Origin: Promethearchaeum syntrophicum
GTDB lineage: Archaea; Asgardarchaeota; Lokiarchaeia; Sigyniarchaeales; Promethearchaeaceae
Direction of reading: 5' to 3'
Length of the DNA stretch: 32,000 nt
Assembly: GCF_008000775.2 (NCBI RefSeq)
Contig: NZ_CP042905.2
Span: 3,990,001 to 4,022,000, forward strand
Part shown: piece after piece, positions 24,518-32,000 of the stretch
How the letters are laid out: every line of letters starts with the position of its first letter
Position numbering within the stretch: the stretch's first letter is position 1
The notes under the pieces: generated by a model
Seen by the model: only the letters and a program-made list of their open reading frames with translations
Database searches by the model: none
Told to the model about the DNA's origin: nothing
Translations under genes and position numbers: made by a program

Positions 24518-24544
24518 TTACAAGGAAGAATCGGCTCCTTGTAA
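24518..24544 (-). other. perfect 9-bp stem / 9-nt loop hairpin immediately upstream of the transposase ATG
   Basis: TTACAAGGA (24518-24526), loop agaatcggc, then TCCTTGTAA (24536-24544). On the mRNA strand it ends 2 nt before the ATG at 24515. Confidence 0.35.
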
Positions 24545-24637
24545 ATCTTTTATTTCGACAAAAATAAATTCATTGAAAACTGAAAATAAAAAAAAAAAAA
24601 AGAAACCTTTTTCAAAACTCGAGTCAAAATAATATCT

Positions 24638-25114
24638 ATGGCTGAAGAACAACCAGTTAAAGAAAATATTGTACCTGAAAAAAAGAAAAAAAAGAAAAAA
24701 AAATTGCTTGGATTTCCGAGTGTAATGTGGGCTCAACTCTCTGGACTTAATGAAAGTGAATATTTCGCAGAAAATTATGGGGAAGATGATTATTCACTCT
24801 TACTCAGAGCTACAGATGACAACCGTTGTGCAATTGTGAAAGTAAAAGGGGGAAAAATCCAGGTAGAGCAAATAAAAAATAAACCTGAATTTGTGAAACC
24901 AGCGAAGAAAGAAACTAACGGTGGAATTACCGCGGACACAGAAACTTTCTTGAAGTTTGGAATGGGTACGGTAAAACCTATCCCTGCGATCTTGAGTGGT
25001 CAATTGAAAATACGAGGAGTTTTCAAAGTTTTAAGATTCAAAAAATACTTCGGAATTCTTCGCAAGATGAAACTCGAGAAAAAAGCAGCACTAGAAGCTC
25101 AAAAACAACTATAA
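24638..25114 (+). CDS. SCP2 (sterol carrier protein 2-like) domain protein
   Basis: The C-terminal TFLKFGMGTVKPIPAILSGQLKIRGVFKVLRFKKYF matches the SCP2 pattern (kl.p..A.lsGklki.G....l.kl). The N-terminus encodes K8 from an A-rich tract, so the alternative start M30 at 24725 is possible. Confidence 0.65.
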   Translation: MAEEQPVKENIVPEKKKKKKKKLLGFPSVMWAQLSGLNESEYFAENYGEDDYSLLLRATDDNRCAIVKVKGGKIQVEQIKNKPEFVKPAKKETNGGITADTETFLKFGMGTVKPIPAILSGQLKIRGVFKVLRFKKYFGILRKMKLEKKAALEAQKQL

Positions 25115-25143
25115 AATTTAGTAGATATTTTACTCTTTTTTTG

Positions 25144-26457
25144 TTACTTTTTTACGATACCTTTCAAGAAGTGGTAAACCTTTTTCGCAACAGTTGGGAA
25201 TTGAAACCCTATTTTTTCCATTACTTTTAATTTTCGAGCTAGAAAAATGTTAAAAATTAGACTTAAAATCTCGATTATTCCGGCTACTAAAAAGGCCATA
25301 CTGTAGTTTCTTCCAAAGATCAGACCAAAAATAGGCCCCAAAATCATCCCAATATTACCAAAAAAGTTGAATATGCTCACGGCCATTGCATTATGCTCAG
25401 GTTCGATTATATCTCCTAACAAAGAATTATTTGGAGTCATGGTGAGCCCTTGGGCACATCCTTGAAACATTAAAAATATTATAAAGATGACCAAAGAGTC
25501 TTGAGCGACAATTCCTGTTAAAGATAAGAGGACTCCATAAATGATAGATCCAAGTGCCAAAGGTTTAATCCTTCCCCAAGGTCCATCACTCTTCCTCCCA
25601 ACAGGATAAGAGAGAATTATTGATGGAATCGCTGATAATCCAAAAATCATCCCGCGCATACTCGGTTCTAAGGGGATAACAAAAGTGAGATAAAGGGGAA
25701 TAAGGGCAATTAAGAATCCCATATGTAAGCGATCAATAAAATTGAAGAGGGCTGGAACCAGAATATGGGGTTTTTCCTTAGCTAGAAAAATACTTTGCTT
25801 TATTGTTGGGTGTTGCTGAACAAATTTAGGATCTTTAAGAATTAGAATTGCCAGTAAAAATACAATGGAATAAGATCCAATTGAAACATAAATGGGAACA
25901 TAAGTCCCAAAATTTGCGAGGAAACCACCTAGCATTGTTCCACTCCCCATGGCCATTCCCATAAAAATCGTATTAATTGAAACGGATTTAGCTACATTTG
26001 ACCCACTATAATCATACACTAACACCATTAATGTTTGCCATACAAGAATATGGGATATGCCTTGGAATAAGCGGAATAATAGTAGTATCTGAAAATTAGG
26101 TGAAAAACGGAATAAGGTTGAAAATAGTAAGAATCCAAATGATCCAATAATGATAAAAACTTTCCGTTTTCCTTTTTTATCGGAGAATGGGCCAATAATT
26201 AAACCTACAATAAAGGCAACATAATATATCGAGTCATATAATGAAGAATACTTAATAATGGTTAATTCTGATAAAGGATTAATCGGACTAGAAAAAAGTG
26301 CGGTAAATAGTTCCTTATCATTCGAATGTAAAAGCGCGGGTGCTAAAATTGAGAAAAAAGTCATCACTGATACCAAGTAAACCATTCGATGAATTTTTTC
26401 TCCTTGCGGTTGAATTTGAGAAGTTAAACCTTGATCTTTCGAATTTTTTCCTATCAC
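25144..26457 (-). CDS. MFS transporter
   Basis: About 12 hydrophobic helices and the motif-A-like GPFSDKKGKRKV in the TM2-3 loop. Confidence 0.85.
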   Translation of the reverse strand: MIGKNSKDQGLTSQIQPQGEKIHRMVYLVSVMTFFSILAPALLHSNDKELFTALFSSPINPLSELTIIKYSSLYDSIYYVAFIVGLIIGPFSDKKGKRKVFIIIGSFGFLLFSTLFRFSPNFQILLLFRLFQGISHILVWQTLMVLVYDYSGSNVAKSVSINTIFMGMAMGSGTMLGGFLANFGTYVPIYVSIGSYSIVFLLAILILKDPKFVQQHPTIKQSIFLAKEKPHILVPALFNFIDRLHMGFLIALIPLYLTFVIPLEPSMRGMIFGLSAIPSIILSYPVGRKSDGPWGRIKPLALGSIIYGVLLSLTGIVAQDSLVIFIIFLMFQGCAQGLTMTPNNSLLGDIIEPEHNAMAVSIFNFFGNIGMILGPIFGLIFGRNYSMAFLVAGIIEILSLIFNIFLARKLKVMEKIGFQFPTVAKKVYHFLKGIVKK

Positions 26458-26635
26458 TTAAAATGCACTGGACCTAACTTTACTGCTCTATAAAATAATT
26501 TCTTAAAATTTTAATTTTTGGATTGCAAAAATAATTAGAAAATTCTTCAATCATATACCATCTAATCCATATTTTATTGAAATTGCCTCCAAACGGACAA
26601 AGTTGGCAATCTCTTAAGAAATCACACCAATCCCA

Positions 26636-27421
26636 TTATTCTTTTACATTTCTGAAATTGCGATCTTTTACAATAATCAAAATTATCGTAATGATTAGAA
26701 ATATAATTTGAAGGATGGCTCCAATTAGTGTAGAAAAAGGTAAAAAAACACCTAAGGCAAAATTTGATGATGTATGGACTAAAATGGATGCTACTACAGA
26801 ATTATTGGTATGGAGAAATATCCAAGTTAGAAAAATACTAAGTAAAACTGTCATTATCAAATATCCGATTAAATATAGGGGTGATTTTAAGGAATTTTGA
26901 ATTGTACCTTCAATAAAAAATAGAGGTAAATGCCACACTGCCCATATTACTCCCAGTAAAAAACTTGACTGCAATGCTTTTCTTTTTTCCATTAAACATG
27001 GTAATACTAAAGCTCTCCACCCAAATTCTTCTCCAAGTGGCCCTCCTAGTACAAGAATATAGCCAAAAACAATTGGTAGAACTTCTGGTTGGGATAAAAA
27101 TTCGGATTCAATATGATATCCGGTTATTGTTGATATCAAGTATACGATCCCATAAATTATTGGAAAAAAAAAGATACTAATGATATACCACAGAAAAGAA
27201 AATCGAAAATGAAGTGACTTCTTAAAAGTTGAACGAAGCGATTTTTTCTTCCAGATGAAGATTAACGCGATTATTGTGGGACAAAATGCCCCAAATATTT
27301 GTAAAATGCCAAAAAAGCCAAGCTCTGGAACAATATTTGCACTTGATAAAAGTGGAAGAAGCCAAAAAAGCCAAGAACAGATAAAAACGATAAGGATATA
27401 TGATCGAATCGGATGTTTCAT
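26636..27421 (-). CDS. CPBP (CAAX/Abi) family intramembrane glutamic endopeptidase
   Basis: Motif 1 GPLGEEFGWRALVLP (EExxxR), motif 2 WAVWHLP (FxxxH type) and motif 3 LVHTSSN are present in a multi-TM protein. Confidence 0.85.
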   Translation of the reverse strand: MKHPIRSYILIVFICSWLFWLLPLLSSANIVPELGFFGILQIFGAFCPTIIALIFIWKKKSLRSTFKKSLHFRFSFLWYIISIFFFPIIYGIVYLISTITGYHIESEFLSQPEVLPIVFGYILVLGGPLGEEFGWRALVLPCLMEKRKALQSSFLLGVIWAVWHLPLFFIEGTIQNSLKSPLYLIGYLIMTVLLSIFLTWIFLHTNNSVVASILVHTSSNFALGVFLPFSTLIGAILQIIFLIITIILIIVKDRNFRNVKE

Positions 27422-27531
27422 TATATAATGATATTGAAGAGAAGTAGATAAATTTTTCCTATATATAATGAAAAATAGATTAATTAGAAAACGGAAGTCC
27501 TATATAAAGAACAAAAAAAAAATGTGATTTT

Positions 27532-28641
27532 TCAGATTTCAATTATCTCATAATCTTGATAGCCTAATCCAATTTTCTCTCCATAAATAAACTGTAATTC
27601 TCCTTGGGTTGATTCATTAAGCCCTTTAAACTTATCTTCTCCCGGTGATAAATTCGATTTTAAATTGGTTCCTTCAAATCCATGCTGTTTATTAACTAAA
27701 TCATAACTTGCTTTATCAATGGCAACGGGATCATCGGAGGCTAAGAATCCAATATCTTGCACAATATATTTATTGCTCACTCCGAAACAATCACAATCGG
27801 GAGTGATATTAATAAGAAAATTGAAAAATCCAATTTTTCCTTTCTTCATATTCCAAACACCATAAGCATATTCAGTCATTCTTTCAACAAATTCTGGGAT
27901 CTCAGTCTCCCAATCCATAGTAATTGCTTTTTCAGGACAATTTTGGATGCATTCTCCGCAACCGATACAATTTTCAGAATGAATTACTGATTTTCCATTA
28001 ATTAACTCAATAGTTTGAACTGGACACACTTCCACACATCTTCCACATCCAATACATAACTCTTCATCAACAATTGGTCTTACACTATGTTGTTCTTTTT
28101 TTCCTGCAACGGGTGCACATCCCATACCTAAATTCTTAACTGCTCCACCGAATCCGGCCATAATATGCCCTTTAAAATGAGAAGAAACAATCATGCTGTC
28201 AGCATGGAAAATATCAGAGGCGATTTTTACTGATTTAAAATGTTTTTTAGAAATCTCAACTTCAATAAAATCTCTACCTTTTAGCCCATCAGCAATTATT
28301 AATGGAGCATTTACAACAGAATGTGCGAATCCGTGTTCATTTGCTACGTTGAGATGCCCAACTGCATTATTTCGAGGACCTGAATATAATGTTGTAGTAT
28401 CTGTAATGAATGGATCTCCACCTGCTTCAATAACCTTGTCTACTATTGCTCGAACATACCAAGGGGGAACAAATGAAGTGTTACCTTTTTCTCCAAAATG
28501 AACCTTAACAGCCGTTAAATCTTTGGGAGAAATTAACTTTTTAAATTCAGCTCTATCAAATAATCTTTTAATTTTGGATTCTAGATTATCTTCAAATTCG
28601 TCAATATGAAGATTTGCATAATAAACCTTACTTCTTTTCAT
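27532..28641 (-). CDS. DUF362 domain protein with inserted 2x[4Fe-4S] ferredoxin domain
   Basis: CIGCGRCVEVCP and CIGCGECIQNCP are classic CxxCxxCxxxCP clusters. The flanks (VKVHFGEKGNTSFVPPWYVRAIVD, SHFKGHIMAGFGGAVKNLGMGC) fit DUF362. Confidence 0.8.
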   Translation of the reverse strand: MKRSKVYYANLHIDEFEDNLESKIKRLFDRAEFKKLISPKDLTAVKVHFGEKGNTSFVPPWYVRAIVDKVIEAGGDPFITDTTTLYSGPRNNAVGHLNVANEHGFAHSVVNAPLIIADGLKGRDFIEVEISKKHFKSVKIASDIFHADSMIVSSHFKGHIMAGFGGAVKNLGMGCAPVAGKKEQHSVRPIVDEELCIGCGRCVEVCPVQTIELINGKSVIHSENCIGCGECIQNCPEKAITMDWETEIPEFVERMTEYAYGVWNMKKGKIGFFNFLINITPDCDCFGVSNKYIVQDIGFLASDDPVAIDKASYDLVNKQHGFEGTNLKSNLSPGEDKFKGLNESTQGELQFIYGEKIGLGYQDYEIIEI

Positions 28642-29506
28642 ATTTGAATGGCCTCACCATCTTTTTATCAAGATTTCGTTTTTTTTTTATTCTAAATACA
28701 AAATATACTACAGAACCACCGAAAACGAAAACCATTAAAACTATCCATATAATTCCTTGACCATCCACTACAGTTTTCTTATACTCATCAAATTGATCAT
28801 CACCAGTTGAATCTAAACCAGCAACATTCGCAGGATTATATGGATTTTCGTCAGCTCCAGACACGGTTGAATATTCAGGAAGGATTTCAAATTGTCCAAA
28901 TGATTCCGTGCTTGTTGATGGATCTTTCAGATAATAATCTCCCAATAATAAAACACCAGTAGTGCTATAATAATAAGTAAATTCAATAACTTTGATTAAG
29001 AAGACAAATCGGATGTAATAAGCGAGATTAATAGAATAACCGGAAGGACCGACCGTAAATTTTACCGATACGTCATCATTCTCATCAAAATAATTCTGAA
29101 ATTCACTCTCTAAATTAGAGAATTTTGTACCGCTAGGCAAAATTAAAGTTAAAATTGCACCTGCTCCAAAAAGATCTTGAGTTATATTCCCCGTAATAGT
29201 AGTATTCAAATATCCATCAGCAGTTTCATTAAATCCAGTCAAATTTGCAGCAAAAAAACCGTTATAAGTAATATTGATGGCAGTAGAATCCTCAATAGTT
29301 TTATTTATTTCATATTTTGCATAACTTATTTGATCTCCAGATGTCATTTTATACATCAAAATATCACCTTCTGCTGCAGCAATTTCAAATTCCGCTGCAT
29401 TTGAATATCCAATTGTCTGGGAGAATATTGCTATGATAATTAATATAACGAGGACTGTAGATCGAGCGCTATTTTTTCTCAATTTTAAATGATTTAAACT
29501 ATACAT
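28628..29506 (-). CDS. secreted, C-terminally membrane-anchored protein of unknown function
   Basis: N-terminal signal/anchor STVLVILIIIAIFSQTIGYSNA, a beta-rich Asn/Thr/Tyr ectodomain, and a C-terminal TM (IIWIVLMVFVFGGSVVYFVF) followed by RIKKKR. Its 3' end overlaps the DUF362 start by 14 nt. Confidence 0.6.
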   Translation of the reverse strand: MYSLNHLKLRKNSARSTVLVILIIIAIFSQTIGYSNAAEFEIAAAEGDILMYKMTSGDQISYAKYEINKTIEDSTAINITYNGFFAANLTGFNETADGYLNTTITGNITQDLFGAGAILTLILPSGTKFSNLESEFQNYFDENDDVSVKFTVGPSGYSINLAYYIRFVFLIKVIEFTYYYSTTGVLLLGDYYLKDPSTSTESFGQFEILPEYSTVSGADENPYNPANVAGLDSTGDDQFDEYKKTVVDGQGIIWIVLMVFVFGGSVVYFVFRIKKKRNLDKKMVRPFKYEKK

Positions 29507-29553
29507 ATCTATGATACTAAATCTACGTTAATATAAAAATTCAGAACAGATTA

Positions 29554-30090
29554 TTAATCGATTTCCAAACCCATCATTTTGGCGTCATAGAATTTTCCGT
29601 TAATTTGGAGTGTACGCGAATTTAAACCTTCCTCTAAGAACCCTAATTGTTCATAAAGTTTAATCGCACCAATATTATCAGTTCTTACTGTTAAGTTGAT
29701 TTTTCGAATAATTTTAGATTGCTGAGCCCAGTCAATTAAAAATTGCATCATTTCACTTCCAATCCCTTGCCTCCAAAACGTTTTTCTGACTGTAATTCCT
29801 AATCCAGTTAGATGTTCTATACGTTTCCGTTTTCCACCAGACATACTTGCTATGCTTACTATTTTTTTTTTAAGTAAACCTAAAATTAAAATACAACTCT
29901 TTGAACCTTGTAATGATTGCAGGAATTTTTGCTCGCGTTCAACTGTCATTCCAAATTCTCCAGGACCATAACTAATATTGTCTGATTCTCCGGACACTTG
30001 TTCTGCATATTGTAAGATTTCTGTTGCGTCTTCTGGTAATGCTTTCCGAATAATTAATACATCCCCGGATTTTAAATTAATTTCTTTCAT
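29554..30090 (-). CDS. GNAT family N-acetyltransferase
   Basis: Acetyl-CoA motif A WRQGIGSEMMQFLIDWA and the C-terminal AIKLYEQLGFLEEG. Confidence 0.85.
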   Translation of the reverse strand: MKEINLKSGDVLIIRKALPEDATEILQYAEQVSGESDNISYGPGEFGMTVEREQKFLQSLQGSKSCILILGLLKKKIVSIASMSGGKRKRIEHLTGLGITVRKTFWRQGIGSEMMQFLIDWAQQSKIIRKINLTVRTDNIGAIKLYEQLGFLEEGLNSRTLQINGKFYDAKMMGLEID

Positions 30091-31117
30091 GTAAATTATT
30101 CTCCAAGGGGATTAAATCCTTAATTGTAGGAGGAGGGATTATCTGTAAACTTGACAATTTCTTATCTAATATTTCTAGAAATTGATCCAATTTTTCTTTC
30201 AACAATCGACATCCTAATGCATTAGCATGGCCACCAGCAGTTCCATCAAATTTCTCTACTATCGGTGGAATAATCATCTTGAGATCCACTAAATTTCTTC
30301 CGCGGATTGTTATATCAACTAAATTGGGTTTAGATTTCAGATGTCGAATCGTCAACCCTAAATATAACCCAGAATGACCTAATATCCAATAAGCAATTTT
30401 TGATCTTGAACCAAAAGGAGGATTGATTATATAGGCTAAATTTTCGCGCTTTTTATATAATGTTATAATTTTTTTTCGAATTTGTTTTTCTCTCCTACTA
30501 ATTTTTAAGGCTCCCTCCGCCAAAAATTTAATATCACAAGGAAATTCTCCTTTACTTAAACGCTTAACCACATTTCTTAATGTATCATACCTTGAACCGT
30601 TATTTGATTTCATCAAACCTTGCGCAAGCAGGCCTGCATCCAAAAATAAAGATCTTCTCTCATAATGATGCAGCATTTCTTGCATCAAAGGAGTATTATC
30701 TAAATAATCACATATAGCTCCAAGTAAAGCAATATGATCGGCATTCTCGGGCAAATCGTGATAAAAATATCGATATACAATCTCAGTCGCCGAAACTCCT
30801 TCTTTATGGATATTTATCACTGCGGGAGGGAGTGGTTTTGGCAATGAATGATGATCAAAATAATGAATGGAATGATTTTGGGCAATTTTTTCTAATCTTG
30901 AGTAAGTTTTACTATAAGATCTCTTATCCTGTGCAATATCACAGATAATTAGGTCATCATCAATTTCTTTAATATCATGGCCTAAACCAGCGGGGTGAGT
31001 GAAAAAGACTTGGGCAGTGGAATATTTTTTGACCATTTTTATAAGAGCTGCAGAACATACACCGTCACCATCAAGATGTGTAAAAATTGTTGTCATGAGT
31101 AAAATAGAGTGTTTCAT
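30077..31117 (-). CDS. DHH/DHHA1 family phosphoesterase (NrnA/RecJ-like core)
   Basis: THLDGDGVCSAA (DxD), ICDIAQD, YFDHHS (DHH) and the DHHA1 GGHANALG are present. Its 3' end overlaps the GNAT start by 14 nt. Confidence 0.85.
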   Translation of the reverse strand: MKHSILLMTTIFTHLDGDGVCSAALIKMVKKYSTAQVFFTHPAGLGHDIKEIDDDLIICDIAQDKRSYSKTYSRLEKIAQNHSIHYFDHHSLPKPLPPAVINIHKEGVSATEIVYRYFYHDLPENADHIALLGAICDYLDNTPLMQEMLHHYERRSLFLDAGLLAQGLMKSNNGSRYDTLRNVVKRLSKGEFPCDIKFLAEGALKISRREKQIRKKIITLYKKRENLAYIINPPFGSRSKIAYWILGHSGLYLGLTIRHLKSKPNLVDITIRGRNLVDLKMIIPPIVEKFDGTAGGHANALGCRLLKEKLDQFLEILDKKLSSLQIIPPPTIKDLIPLENNLHERN

Positions 31118-31237
31118 CCTTATAAATTAAAAAAATTAATAATTAATTACAAGTTTCAGTGTTTTCTTTAATTTTCATAATAAATTGTTATTAAAACCAA
31201 CAATCATTTGTAAGATTACTAATTTTGGTGTTTAACT

Positions 31238-31987
31238 ATGCTAGGAAAATATGTCGAAATCGCACGCGGTGTGAAAGATTTAGATGCTACTTTACCTTAC
31301 TATGAAAAGATCGGATTAAAAAAAATTAAGGAAGGAAGCGAACCAATGAAATGGGCCCTATTTACTGATGGCCGAGTGAATATTAAACTATTTCAAATGG
31401 AGAATGAATTCACTGGTTTAATGTATTATACGGATGATTTGAGCGGAGTAAAACTTAATCTTAAAGATGCAAGAGTTGAATTTTCAGAGATGAAAGACCC
31501 TATGGGAAATGACATGATTATGTTGAAGGATCCCGACGATTTAAACATTGCTATAAGTGAAGAACCTTATGACGTAGATATTGTACCAGATATGTATGCG
31601 GAATCCAAAAATCCATACGGTTATTTTGGCGAATTCTCAATTACAGTAAAAGATCTGAATAAGTCCATTGAGTTCTGGGAAAAACTTGGGTATATAACTA
31701 CGATGAAAATGAAGATGGTATTTAAATTTGCTATTCTACTTGATGGTCGAATGGTAATCGGACTCCATCAAAATGCTAAGCAAGAAACAGAGGCAATAAC
31801 CTATTTCTCTCCGAAAATGAAGGAATTTATACCCAAACTTCAAGAAAAAGGGCTAGTTTTTCGAGAGGGTCCTATGGTAAAACTGAAAAAAGGCAATGGT
31901 ATTACAAGTGCACCAGATGGTCAAGTGTTCTTCTTTTTCAAAGGAAAGGTCAAAATGCCTGAAAAATATCATTATTTAATTCAATAA
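31238..31987 (+). CDS. two-module VOC/glyoxalase-fold protein (tentative)
   Basis: Two similar module starts, EIARGVKDLDATLPYYEKIGLKK and FSITVKDLNKSIEFWEKLGYI, are typical of paired beta-alpha-beta-beta-beta VOC modules. No metal ligands were verified. Confidence 0.5.
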   Translation: MLGKYVEIARGVKDLDATLPYYEKIGLKKIKEGSEPMKWALFTDGRVNIKLFQMENEFTGLMYYTDDLSGVKLNLKDARVEFSEMKDPMGNDMIMLKDPDDLNIAISEEPYDVDIVPDMYAESKNPYGYFGEFSITVKDLNKSIEFWEKLGYITTMKMKMVFKFAILLDGRMVIGLHQNAKQETEAITYFSPKMKEFIPKLQEKGLVFREGPMVKLKKGNGITSAPDGQVFFFFKGKVKMPEKYHYLIQ

Positions 31988-32000
31988 CTTCAATTTTTTT

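Larger units (their letters stand above)
23100..24620 (-). mobile_element. IS4-family insertion sequence (boundaries approximate, terminal repeats not resolved)
   Basis: It contains a single DDE transposase gene and looks more GC-rich than its flanks by eye. It sits between the stop of the TGA-interrupted gene and the SCP2 gene start. I could not identify convincing terminal inverted repeats or a target-site duplication by eye. Confidence 0.5.

Noticed and set aside
24681-24707. Long A-rich tract (gaaaaaaagaaaaaaaagaaaaaaaaa) encoding K8 at the N-terminus of the SCP2 protein, considered as a programmed slippage or phase-variation site.
   Set aside because: Similar A-runs occur in non-coding DNA here (for example 4321-4349 and 24587-24601). 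The SCP2 domain can start at the downstream Met at 24725, so the tract may simply be 5' leader. There is no evidence for frameshifting.
24518-24736. 72-aa minus-strand ORF rich in Phe runs (FFFLFFLFF).
   Set aside because: It is the complement of poly-A/poly-Lys tracts. It spans the IS upstream region and the 5' end of the SCP2 gene, and looks like a low-complexity artefact.
1839-29404. About 20 short ORFs (61-102 aa) in the supplied track lie antisense to or inside longer ORFs. Examples are 1839-2033, 2778-3035, 3710-3976, 5000-5293, 7537-7797, 10099-10299, 10810-11076, 10907-11104, 12782-13057, 13434-13703, 15976-16173, 18598-18846, 18918-19106, 19963-20184, 24800-25003, 26715-26900, 26965-27180, 27757-27990, 28193-28501 and 29177-29404.
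   Set aside because: Each is fully contained in a longer ORF that has recognisable family motifs. Their translations are low-complexity or Ser/Ile/Phe-rich shadow-frame products typical of AT-rich DNA, and none has a start context or a motif.
1-32000. Search for tRNA, rRNA or other structured RNA genes as GC-rich islands in intergenic regions.
   Set aside because: All intergenic gaps are short (mostly under 330 bp) and uniformly AT-rich. The only GC-richer non-coding patch, at 12040-12080, is explained by the methyltransferase pseudogene. Small ncRNAs cannot be excluded without covariance-model searches.

Overview
The window is very AT-rich by eye (composition not computed) and gene-dense. 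It carries about 30 protein-coding genes, two decayed gene-3'-end remnants, one gene with an in-frame stop and one IS4-type insertion sequence. I found no rRNA, tRNA or CRISPR array. Archaeal-style signals are common: TTTAAATA-like TATA boxes 30-60 bp upstream of starts, GGAGGTG-type Shine-Dalgarno sites and oligo-T tracts after stops. Together with Roadblock/LC7-like and longin-like domains, this suggests an AT-rich archaeon, possibly Asgard/Lokiarchaeia-like. That lineage call is inference only.

Recognisable content, in order:
- a thioredoxin-like gene plus a PF03773 permease
- a hybrid histidine kinase-receiver
- an HTH-Roadblock fusion
- a tandem winged-helix (wHTH) regulator
- an epoxide-hydrolase-like alpha/beta hydrolase
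- an orphan EutA-like ATPase with a roughly 200-aa N-terminal extension
- four tandem Hsp20 genes
- a bacterial-type MutS1 translationally coupled to an SPPY amino-methyltransferase
- a DUF3795 Cys-rich protein
- an acidic coiled-coil protein and a TPR protein
- an IS4 transposase
- SCP2, MFS, CPBP protease, DUF362/ferredoxin, GNAT, DHH/DHHA1 and VOC proteins

Most notable observations:
1. mutS and the methyltransferase overlap in ATGA, with no MutL, MutH or restriction enzyme in view.
2. Two separate cases share one architecture: an intact gene 3' end, then cargo genes, then a decayed direct copy of that same 3' end. One case flanks the 4-gene sHSP cassette and the other flanks a membrane-protein gene. 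This looks like footprints of site-specific insertion into gene 3' ends, yet no integrase is present.
3. Small eukaryote-signature-type alpha/beta domains are fused to prokaryotic modules (HTH-Roadblock and TPR-longin-like).
4. A membrane-protein gene is interrupted by a single in-frame TGA.

All family assignments come from motif recognition by eye. No database search was run.
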